Below are positions 11,815-21,965 of a DNA stretch of 25,516 nt, piece by piece; position 1 is the first letter of the stretch; each line of letters opens with the position of its first letter. The notes beneath the pieces were generated by a model. The model had not been told where the DNA came from. It did no database searches and saw only the letters and a list, made by a program, of their open reading frames with translations. Origin of the DNA: Octopus sinensis (taxonomy: Eukaryota). Position numbers and translations under genes: made by a program. Location of the stretch: contig NW_021836081.1 of assembly GCF_006345805.1 (NCBI RefSeq), forward strand, positions 1-25,516, read 5' to 3'.

Positions 11815-12115
11815 GTGGAGGCACAAGTGTCCAGTGGTTAGGGCAGCGGACTCGCGGTCGTAGGATCGCGGTTTCGATTCCCAGACCGGGCGTTGCGAGT
11901 GTTTATTGAGCGAAAACATCTAAAGCTCTACGAGACTCCGGCAGGGGGTGGTGGCGATCCCTGGTGTACTCTTTCACCACAACTTTCTCTCACTCTTTCT
12001 TCTGTTGGCCTGCTCACTTAGCCAGCGGGGTGGCGCCATTTGAAGACTAAAACAATGTGAAGCGCATTGTGACCAGCGACGTATAGCAACATCTGATATC
12101 CTGGTCGGTCACGGT
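11815..12115 (+). mobile_element. SINE family A variant with a different 3' half
   Basis: The first ~185 bp match family A; the sequence diverges after tctctcactctt. Confidence 0.8.
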
Positions 12116-12116
12116 A

Positions 12117-12120
12117 ATAT

Positions 12121-12162
<42 letters not shown>

Positions 12163-12211
12163 TACATATATATATGTATATTATATATATATATATATAT
12201 ATATACATATA

Positions 12212-12255
<44 letters not shown>

Positions 12256-12295
12256 TATAGTATATTATATATATATATATATATATATTATATAT
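12117..12295. repeat. (TA)n microsatellite
   Basis: Direct reading. Confidence 0.95.
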
Positions 12296-12712
12296 CAGTG
12301 GCTTCGCTCGAGTATAAATTTAGTAACGTGAATGTGTATTTGCAACCTGATTTAATTTCTACCAACACTGACTTCAAGTATCTAATTTCAGCCAATAACT
12401 TGAGCTCCTTTTATTGAGCCTCGTCGCAGTTACTTTATTTTCGTTCAGCGTCTGGCGGTTGTCTTAGAGGTGCCCTGTGTCAAAAAAATGTTCGTAACAG
12501 ACGTTCTCTCGACATCGTTCACACGCGCTTGACTCGGGCTCAGAAGTTACAGCCTTAAAGTAACGAAGACTTATACAGCAACTCGGGCTAATACGAACGA
12601 GCCTGGTATGTGTAAAAGACTAACTGGCATCTCTTGTCAAGAGTACAGGCGACAGTTTTTGTGCATTCCGCTGTCGTTATTTGATTGATGTTTTACTCAT
12701 ATATATATACAT

Positions 12713-12882
12713 AGGCGCAGGAGTGGCTGTGTGGTAAGTAGCTTGCATCCCAACCACATGGTTCCGGGTTCAGTCCCACTGCGTGGCATCTTGGGCAAGT
12801 ATCTTCTGCTATAGCCCCGGGCTGACCAATGCCTTGTGAGTGGATTTGGTAGACGGAAACTGAAAGAAGCCCGTCGTATATA

Positions 12883-12921
<39 letters not shown>

Positions 12922-13154
12922 GTGTGTGTAGGTGTTTGTGTGTCTGTGTTTGTCCCCCTAGCATTGCTTGACAACCGATGGTGTGTGGTTACGTTACGCC
13001 CCGTCACTTAGCGGTTCGGCAAAAGAGACCGATAGAATAAGTACTGGGCTTACAAAGAATAAGTCCCGGGGTCGATTTGCTCGACTAAAGGCGGTGCTCC
13101 AGCATGGCCGCAGTCAAATGACTGAAACAAGTAAATGAGTAAATGAGAAATGAG
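12713..13154 (+). mobile_element. SINE family C, full length, with internal TA/TG microsatellite
   Basis: tRNA-like head (tggctgtgtggtaag ... ggttcagtcc) and repetitive tail gtaaatgag; matches 5111-5437. Confidence 0.88.
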
Positions 13155-13165
13155 TATATATATAT

Positions 13166-13246
13166 GACTGTGTGGTAAGTAGCTTGCTTCCCAACCACAT
13201 GGTTCCGGGTTCAGCCCCACTGCGTGGCACCTTGGGCGAGAGTCTT
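13166..13246 (+). mobile_element. SINE family C head fragment
   Basis: Matches about 12724-12805. Confidence 0.8.
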
Positions 13247-13326
13247 GTCTGTGTGTATGTATGTATGTCTGCATGTCTATCTGTGTATATGTGTGGACCG
13301 CCATGCTGGACTGCTGAACTCAACAC

Positions 13327-13477
13327 GATGTTTTTTCCGTCTTTCTCTATTCTCTCTTATTCCTTTCTGCCGAGGCTCGAAACGTTAAAGACTTTTCCAT
13401 TTTTCCACAGCGTCAACCTAATATGCTTGCTTGTTGTTCCTACACCTGTCTTCGTCTTTAGTCTTTCTATAAGTCTG
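13327..13477 (+). repeat. Dispersed repeat family F (possibly Penelope-like terminus)
   Basis: Similar to the reverse complement of 23690-23865 (ctttctg.cga...ggctcgaaa.gt.aaagacttt). Confidence 0.6.
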
Positions 13478-13544
<67 letters not shown>

Positions 13545-13759
13545 CAGACAGACAGACAGAGACAGTGACAGAGAGAGAGATGAGTGTATTTTTCCATTGT
13601 TAACAATTAACACGGAAAAAATAGATGAATAGTTTCCAGGGTAGCAAAAAATCACACAAGTAAAGGGGTTGTAAGTCCTTGTCTTTAAAGGTAGAAACTT
13701 CGGGTTTACGTGGAACTTTTTGCATAATATATAAATAAATAAATGGAGTTTAACGCAGG

Positions 13760-13799
<40 letters not shown>

Positions 13800-13987
13800 C
13801 AGAAACAAGGAAAATGCCACTTATATTTGAACACTATGCAAATATTCTTTTAAAAAAAACTTTTCTTTTAATTTTTCTAAATTTAATTATTTAATTGTTA
13901 CAGTTGAAAATGTCGCAATGACTGAAACCGGTACTGAAATGTTCTTTACAAAATATTTTAGCATTTTCTATCCTCACTTGTTTTTTC

Positions 13988-14062
<75 letters not shown>

Positions 14063-14130
14063 CCGAGTAAACACATAAATGTGAAACAAGGTGGAAAAAA
14101 GAGTACTCAAATACCAGTGGTAGAGATATG

Positions 14131-14247
14131 CTTTATTTAAAGCAGCAGAAATTCACAAAATCTGTTACTCTGAGTTCTCGTTGCCGTTCATCAGACAGTT
14201 TTGCTGAGTAACAGATTTTGTTGAATTTTCTGCTGCTTTAAATAAAG
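14131..14247. repeat. Fold-back hairpin with 40/42-bp arms and a 35-nt loop
   Basis: 14131-14170 pairs with 14206-14247 with two single-nucleotide bulges. Confidence 0.92.
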
Positions 14248-14258
14248 TGTATATATAT

Positions 14259-14307
<49 letters not shown>

Positions 14308-15066
14308 GTGTGTTTTAGAACGTTTGATTGTGTCAGATGAATGACAGACATAATAGAAGAGAGAGAGAATGTAAATAAATCCAATGGCAACGTCTTCGGT
14401 GGTGGATTTGAGTTTTTAAAATGCTATAACATTTTTAGTAGCAAAAACTTTAGGCGAGAAAATTCACCGAATGTTTTTCTTTTTTAAATTTATTCTAGTG
14501 TAATATACTCTTATATTTTAATTGTTGTTGTTGTTGGTGGTGGTGGTTGTGGTGTATGAGATATGAAAACTAACAAACAGCAGGATGTTATAAAGATGAA
14601 GTGGAAGGGCTTAGCGCTGAATAGATAAAACATACTACCGTACGTCACTGTTAAAAAGCCATTCCCTGAAAAATGTGATTCTTCGTTTGACGTCATAATA
14701 GTGTCTACGGCATGGAGGTTTAAGTATTTGTGCACTTAGTATGTGGGTATGTATGTATGTGTGTGTGTGTGCATACGTGCATGTGCTTGCGTATATGTGT
14801 TTGTAAATGCGCGTGTGTGCGTGTGTGTGTGTGTGTGCTTGTTCACTTCCATTGAATCTCTGTCATTTAGTACATATGTTGGGCTTATTCCATATAAACA
14901 AACATTTTAGCTACATATACGTGTATGTTTGTGTATACATGTATGTATGTATCTATATATCTATGTATGTATGCATGTATGTATGTATATATATATGTTA
15001 TATGTGTGCGTGTGCATATATGTGTGCGTGTGCATATATATATACATATATATATATATATATTAT

Positions 15067-15100
<34 letters not shown>

Positions 15101-15145
15101 AATGATAAATCTCAGAGCGAGTTATAAACAGTAGCGGTAACCATC

Positions 15146-15536
15146 GTGACACATATTTGCCATTTGAATATGGCTAACCTCTAAGGGTGGATGCTACTGT
15201 AGTTTATAACTCGCTCTGAGATTTATCATTGTTTGATTTCACTTTTTCAATATCAGTGTCAATCGACACTGGAAAAAGTATATATATTTGTGAAGGGAGC
15301 TGACTTCTCGTCGACAACCATGATTGTCACACGCTGATGAAAGGTAAACACCTTGAAACTCGGGTCCGTGTGTATCATGAGTTGAAGACGGAGAGGATGA
15401 CTTCCCTTCACAAATACTGAGAGGACACAGATAGTGTGTATATAGCCAGCTGGAGGAGATATCTTCCTTTGGCTACAAACTACAGTAGCATCCACCCTTA
15501 GGGGTTAGCCATATTCAAATGGCAAATATGCGTCAC
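15146..15536. mobile_element. MITE-like element with 60-bp terminal inverted repeats
   Basis: 15146-15205 versus 15477-15536 differ at 2 positions; 271-bp non-coding interior; no TSD seen. Confidence 0.7.
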
Positions 15537-16210
15537 TATATATATATATATATATATAAAGATATATACTTATGTATATATATGGACATCTGACTCATTA
15601 GTAAGAGCAGTTAAATTCTGAAATGGAATGAAAAATTAAAACGTTAACCCTATCTTTCCTGGACTATGCATAGTTTCGGCAATCTTTTGTAAATAAAATA
15701 AAATAATTTCAATTTACAACTGGCGTTGCCATCTTCAGCAGGAGGCCAAGGCTCACATATAGACACGAGGCGATAAAGAACGTGCCTCGTGTTATATGTT
15801 ATAATTTTTCAAAATCCTCAATATATAATTGCAAATTAACGTAGCCCGAGAGATGGGACCATGCTTCGTCGCTAAATGATGCGATATTCAGCACATAAGC
15901 AGTATTGTCTTCGATAAATCAATTAAATCATCTGCGATAGCGAAGTCGCCCTTCGTGATCAATTGTTTCAGTTGTTTGTATGGGACAAGTTTTAATTCCT
16001 TTCTGACGGCTTTATGGTCAGGTCGCTCTTAAGCGCCACTGGTAACATGTAACCCATGGCCGGGTTGTCGGCGACTAAACTGGAAACCCTATCCAGCTTG
16101 CTTGGTGGGGAAGGTGATTGTTGGACACCCTGCGGGACGAAAAATAAGACCAGTCTAAGGACGGAAGAACTGCTGTGTAGTCAACGGTTTTGGTCGGCTC
16201 GAGGTTATAG

Positions 16211-16283
16211 TAGAAGACATTTGCCCAAGGTGCCACACAGTGGGACTGAGCCCAGAACCATGTGGTTGGGAAGCAAATTTCTT
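16211..16283 (-). mobile_element. SINE family C head fragment, antisense
   Basis: Reverse complement of the family C head (aaccacatggttc.gggctcagtcccactg.gtggcaccttgggcaa). Confidence 0.75.
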
Positions 16284-16557
16284 ATACACACGGATACAGA
16301 CACACATGCACACACACACACATACAAACCCGCGCACAAATTTAAATATGCGTGCTTCCTGAAGCATCCAAGTGGCTTTGTACAGATTCACCTGTATTGG
16401 GGAAACCGAATCTGTATCAAAAACCACCAAACGAAGATGCTGCCAATGGGGCTTAATCTAAACCCTTAATGATCGGGCCCTTGTGTAGCGGTGCTCAGCA
16501 GGATTTTCCCAATATATTTTCACTATCGCTTTAAATTATGTTTCACATCTTTTTCAG

Positions 16558-16675
16558 TGTTTTCCTTCATGACTGTGCAAATATCGAGTGCAGAGAATCA
16601 AGGATGTCCTGATAGTCTTGTGTCATGTCCGTGTGGGAGAGATCTCATGAAAGAGGTCGATATTCCGATTGAGAT
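16558..16675 (+). CDS. Exon 2: end of signal peptide and start of Factor C-like Cys-rich domain (FSFMTVQISSAENQGCPDSLVSCPCGRDLMKEVDIPIE)
   Basis: Acceptor tttcacatctttttcAG at 16556-57 and donor GTAAG at 16676. Ends in phase 2 (AT), which joins the G of exon 3 to give Met. Confidence 0.85.
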
Positions 16676-16726
16676 GTAAGTATGCGATTATTTTGCACTC
16701 ATTCACGCACAGCGATACACTCCTAT

Positions 16727-17098
16727 GCCCAGTGGTTAGGGCAGCGGACTCGCGGTCGTAGGATCGCGGTTTCGATTCCCAGACCGGGCGTTGTGAGTGT
16801 TTATTGAGCGAAAACTCCTAAAGTTCCACGAGGCTCCGGCAGGGGATGGTGGTGATCCCTGCTGTACTCTTTCACCACAGCTTTCTCTCACTCTTACTTC
16901 CTGTTTCTGTTGTACCTGTATTTCAAAGGGCCGGCCTTGTCACTCTCTGTGTCACGCTGAATATCCCCGAGAACTACGTTAAGGGTACACGTGTCTATGG
17001 AGTGCTCAGCCACTTGCACGTTAATTTCACCAGCAGGCTGTTCCGTTGATCGGATCAACCGGAACCCTCGTCGTCGTAACCGACGGAGTGCTTCCACC
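16727..17098 (+). mobile_element. SINE family A with a 10-bp target-site duplication
   Basis: acactcctat flanks both sides (16717-16726 and 17099-17108). Confidence 0.92.
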
Positions 17099-17104
17099 AC
17101 ACTC

Positions 17105-17139
<35 letters not shown>

Positions 17140-17289
17140 CATACATATATATATACATATACATACATATATTCACATTTAAATAATGAGGGAGATAAAT
17201 TGAATATTAATTTAATTAATATCAATTTAAAACCAGTTGCCTAACATACAAAAATCTGAAAAATCAGAGAAAATTCCAATACGTGTGTA

Positions 17290-17738
17290 TATTTTAAGGG
17301 CTAAAAACCACTATGTGGACAGCCATATGCTAGAAATAGATCACCTACGATCAAGCTACAAAGAAAGAATGTTCTCTAGAGAAAATTTCAGCGGACACCA
17401 GAACAATAGGCGGGCAAGACAGATGAAATTTATATAAAAATCAAGAATTAATCGCATACCGGTTCCGTCTATTAACGAATAGATCACTTACGTAATCCTT
17501 CGTCCGTTGGACTCATCAGTACGGACGAAGGATTACATAAGTGATCTATTCGTTAATAGATGAAACCGGTATGTTACTAATTCTTGATTTTTATATAATT
17601 TTCATCTGTCTTGCCCGCCTATTGTTCTGGTGTCCGCTGAATTTTTCTCTAGAGAACATTCTTCCTTTGTAGTTTGATCGTAGGTGATCTATTTCTAGCA
17701 TATGGCTGTCCACATAATGGTTTTTAGCCCTCAAAATA
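17290..17738. repeat. ~450-bp fold-back palindrome (arms ~218 bp, roughly 94% matched, 13-nt loop)
   Basis: The ORF track shows the same peptide on both strands (17237+ and 17591-); apex cgtccgt-tggactcatcagt-acggacg. Confidence 0.95.
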
Positions 17739-17939
17739 AATACATACATATATTCATGTATATATTTCTGCATGTTTATATGTTCATATGAATAGATATA
17801 CATACATGTATGCATGTATATATTTCTGTATGTATATTTAAACGTATTATATACGATGTATATATGTATGTATGCTTGTATTGTATGCGTGTATGCATGC
17901 ATATCTCAAATTATAGCCTACATGTATTTATTTATCTGT

Positions 17940-17945
17940 CTATCG

Positions 17946-18029
<84 letters not shown>

Positions 18030-18065
18030 GCTAGCTAGCTAGCTAGCTAGCTAGATAGCTAGATA
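17940..18065. repeat. (CTAT)n/(CTAG)n microsatellite
   Basis: Direct reading. Confidence 0.95.
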
Positions 18066-18376
18066 GATATATTTACAAACTCATATACGCACACACACAC
18101 AGACTCTCTCTCTTTCTCCCTCTCTTCCATGCCAACTTTCTCTCTTACACAATCTCTCTCTCCCTCTCCCCTATTCTTTCTTAATTTTACTCTAAATCTT
18201 TTCCAGTTCGAGTCTATCTTCTTCCACATACACACACACATACACACACACACACATACACAATCCGTCTCCATCTCTCACTATCTCTCCCTTTATTTCT
18301 TTCTCACGCTCTCTGTCTCTTACTCTCTCTCTCTCTCTCACTCTTTCTCTCTAAACCTATATGTTTCTCCTTCTAG

Positions 18377-18534
18377 GTGTCGAAATTTCACATTCGGATG
18401 GTTTTTCCCGAAGTTAAGATGTCTGACTTGTCACTCCCTTATACCGGAAGCCGTCTGTAGACCTTACAAACGCTGTACAGATTGCAGACCTGATGGTATT
18501 AGCTCCTGTATCCCCTACAAAAAAGACCGCCAAA
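18377..18534 (+). CDS. Exon 3: remainder of Cys-rich domain (CRNFTFGWFFPKLRCLTCHSLIPEAVCRPYKRCTDCRPDGISSCIPYKKDRQ)
   Basis: Acceptor tttctccttctAG at 18375-76 and donor GTAAG at 18535. Open frame with 7 Cys; phases 2/1 match both neighbours. Confidence 0.9.
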
Positions 18535-18704
18535 GTAAGCTGTTGATATTTTCTTGTTAAAAAATGACTGACTGAGATGAGATTGTGTATTGTGTGTGAA
18601 CGAGGAGAATTGGGTAGGGATGTTGTGTCACAGGTCGGTGGTTCGAATCCCTGTCACCGTGGCAGTGAGATGGTAGATAAAACAAACAACTTAAAACAAA
18701 TAAG

Positions 18705-19359
18705 CCGGCGAGCTGGCAGAAACGTTAGCACGCCGGGCGAAATGCTTAGCGGTTTTTCGTCTGCCGTTACGTTCTGAGTTCAAATTCCGCCGACGTCGAC
18801 TTTGCTTTTCATCCTTACGGGGTCGATAAATTAAGTACCTATTTCTTTACTACCCACGAGGGGCTAAACACAGAGAGGACAAACAAACGGATTAAGTCGA
18901 TTACATCGACCCCAGTGCGTAACTGGTACTTATTTAATCGACCCCGAAAGGATGAAAGGCAAATTCGACCTCGGCGGAATTTGAACTCAGAACGTAACGG
19001 CAGACGAAATACGGCTACGCATATCGCCCGTTGTGCTAACGTTTCTGCCAGCTCGCCGATAATTTAAGTACCGGTTACGCACTGGGGTCGATGTAATCGA
19101 CTTAATCCGTTTGTCTGTTCTTGTTTGTCTCCACCGTGTTTAGCCCTTTGTGGGTAGTAAAGAAATAGGTATTTCGTCTGCCGTTACGTTCTGAGTTCAA
19201 ATTCCGTCGAGGTCGACTTTGCCTTTCATCCTTTCGGGGTCGATTAAATAAGTACCAGTTATGCACTGGTGTCGATATAATCGATTTAATCCGTCTGTCT
19301 GTCCTTGTTTGTCCCAGCTGTGTGTAGCCCCCTTGTGGGCAGTAAAGAAATAAGAAATA
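18705..19359 (+). mobile_element. SINE family D cluster: sense copy interrupted by an antisense copy (18840-19058), followed by a headless unit
   Basis: The 14-bp duplication ataa(a/t)ttaagtacc flanks the antisense copy. Confidence 0.9.
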
Positions 19360-19427
19360 AAATAAACACCGTCGACGACAGTAACAATACAATCAACATC
19401 AAAGAAGTAAAGTTTAATTATAATTGC

Positions 19428-20010
19428 CACACCATCACCACCATCACTACCACCAAAACCACCACCACCACCACCACCACCACCAAAACCACCACCACCA
19501 CCACCACCACCACTACCACCACCACCACCAAAACCACCACCACCACCACCACCACCAAAACCACCACTACCACCAAAACCACCACCACCACCACCACCAC
19601 CACCAAAACCACCACTACCAAAACCACCACCACCACCACCACCAAAACCACCACCACCACCACCACCAAAACCACCACCACCACCAAAACCACCACTACC
19701 ACCACTACCACCAAAACCACCACCACCAAAACCACCACCACCACCAAAACCACCACCACAACCACCACCACCCCCAAAACCACCACCACCCCCCAACCCC
19801 CCCAAAACCACCACCACCAAAACCACCATCACCGACACCACCAACAACAACAACACCGCCAACACCACGACTACCATTATTACTACTATTATCATTACTA
19901 CCACTACTAGCACCACCACCACCAACACTACCACAAACAACACCATTACTACCACCACCGCTACCTCTACCAAGATTACTACTAAAATTACCATCACCAC
20001 CACCACCACT
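19428..20010. repeat. Compound (ACC)n trinucleotide tract with AAA/ACT interruptions
   Basis: Direct reading. Confidence 0.95.
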
Positions 20011-20316
20011 ACCACCTTGATTGCTACATTCAGACCGTCGTTACCAATCCCACACCCCACCCACCTATAACATCAACCCACCAGAACCACCCCAGCATAA
20101 AAAACTGTAACCATAACATTTCCAGTCAGTATTAAAATGGCCTCACAACTAACATAACTACCACTATCACTGCTACTACTACAACCACCACACCTACCAT
20201 GACTACCACACTTAATACTACAGCCACCACTTTGTCCACATTTTGTCCACCACTAAATATATCTTGTTTCATTTATTAAACAATATTTTTAATTAATAAA
20301 ATTCTTCAATTTCCAG

Positions 20317-20491
20317 TTCGAAGAAATCATTGTCCTCGTCCACTTCTACTACCAAACGGTCACATCACTGTGGACAAGGAACCACAACCAGGGTCAGTGG
20401 TGAAATACAAATGTGCTAACCGGTATGTCTTGAAAGGACAGCCAAAACGTACCTGCGGAGGGGATTTTCGCTGGATCGGCGGTCCACCCAC
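20317..20491 (+). CDS. Exon 4: sushi/CCP domain 1 (RRNHCPRPLLLPNGHITVDKEPQPGSVVKYKCANRYVLKGQPKRTCGGDFRWIGGPP)
   Basis: Acceptor ttcttcaatttccAG and donor GTAAG at 20492. Shows the CCP pattern C-P..P.NG..G..V.Y.C...Y.L.G...RTC....W...PP. Confidence 0.93.
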
Positions 20492-20544
20492 GTAAGACGA
20501 TTCTTAACTTTGTTCTCTCTAAGTCAGGCCCTCTGTCTACGCCT

Positions 20545-20762
20545 AACGTTAGCACGCCGGGCGAAATGCGTAGCCGTATTTCGTCTGCCGTTATGTTCTG
20601 GGTTCAAATTCCGCCGAGGTCGACTTTGCCTTTCATCCATCCTTTCGGGATCGATAAATTAAGTACCAGTTACGCACTGGAGTCGATGTAATCGACTTAA
20701 TACGTTTGTCTGTCCTTGTTTGTCCCCTCTGTGTTTAGCCCCTTGTGGGTAGTAAAGAAATA
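20545..20762 (+). mobile_element. SINE family D single copy, slightly 5'-truncated
   Basis: Matches the family D consensus seen at 7368. Confidence 0.88.
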
Positions 20763-20820
20763 TATATATGTATATATAGTAACAACCGCACATACTCAAT
20801 GTTTCGTCACACACACACAC

Positions 20821-21006
<186 letters not shown>

Positions 21007-21271
21007 AGTCAATATTCTAATATCCTAAAGCTGATTAACCAACTAATGTTCTCCTCCATTTTCTTATTTGTGATATAAATAATGGTAAATATTTCTTTAC
21101 CTTCACCCATTTAATACAATAAATAAGTTTATTGCATTGCAATTAAAAATACTTGTGTATTAATAATTTGTGTATTATACCAACAGTATATTGGATAAGT
21201 ATTATCCCTTAGCGGGTTGGATTCACAACCCCTAACTTTTTTGGTGGGTATATATATATATATATATATAT

Positions 21272-21965
21272 ACAACTTATAAATAAGGGCAAACGAAAAA
21301 AATTTCTAATGCAAATATGCCGAAAAAATTGGGCATATTGTCCATTACCATATATTTTTCACATACGCACGTCCTCGAAAAAAAGCCGACAAAAATTTCT
21401 AAAAAATTCCATTATTACCATATCGGACCGATTTCAGGGTTAGTTCGTAAGAACCCTCCCTTCGTCAGTGATACATGTGGCAAAGAAATAAATGAAATAC
21501 TTACTCATACCCATGGAAGAAGCAAAATACTAAGTCATGAGCACAACTAAGTACCCCAAATACATCTAAAATAGAAATACTCTAGCCCATTCAAGACACG
21601 AGGTTCTCACAGAGTGAGAGAGTCCGGAAGTGAACACTTAAATTTATATTTAATGTAGGATAAAATTTTTTTCTTTCGAAAAAAATTTTGTCAATGGTCA
21701 GCATATTAAAAAATACCTTTAACAGTTAAAATTATAAACAACTTATAAATAAGGGCAAACGAAAAAATGTCTAATGCCAAATATGCCGAAAAATTGGACA
21801 TATTGTCCATTACCATATAATTTTTCACAATACGCATGCTACTCGAAAAAAAGCCGACAGAATTTTCTAAAAAATTCCATTATTACCATATTGGACCGAT
21901 TTCAGGGTTAGTTCGTAAGAACCCTTCCTTCGTCAGTGATACATGTGGCAAAGAAGTAAATGAAA
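21272..21965 (+). repeat. ~226-bp direct repeat pair (21272-21497 and 21738-21965)
   Basis: Same sequence at a period of 466 bp; the ORF track shows a shared KKFHYYHIGPISGLVRKNP translation. Confidence 0.9.

Noticed and set aside
12450-12612. Possible exon ending at a GTATGT donor near 12607
   Set aside because: The one ATG-initiated frame I checked hits a stop, and nothing links it to the signal peptide; it could be a UTR exon but this is unsupported.
19305-20060. Thr-rich mucin-like, poly-His and Gly-rich ORFs from the ACC tract
   Set aside because: No credible acceptor or donor, and exons 3 and 4 already join in phase without it; treated as an intronic trinucleotide repeat.
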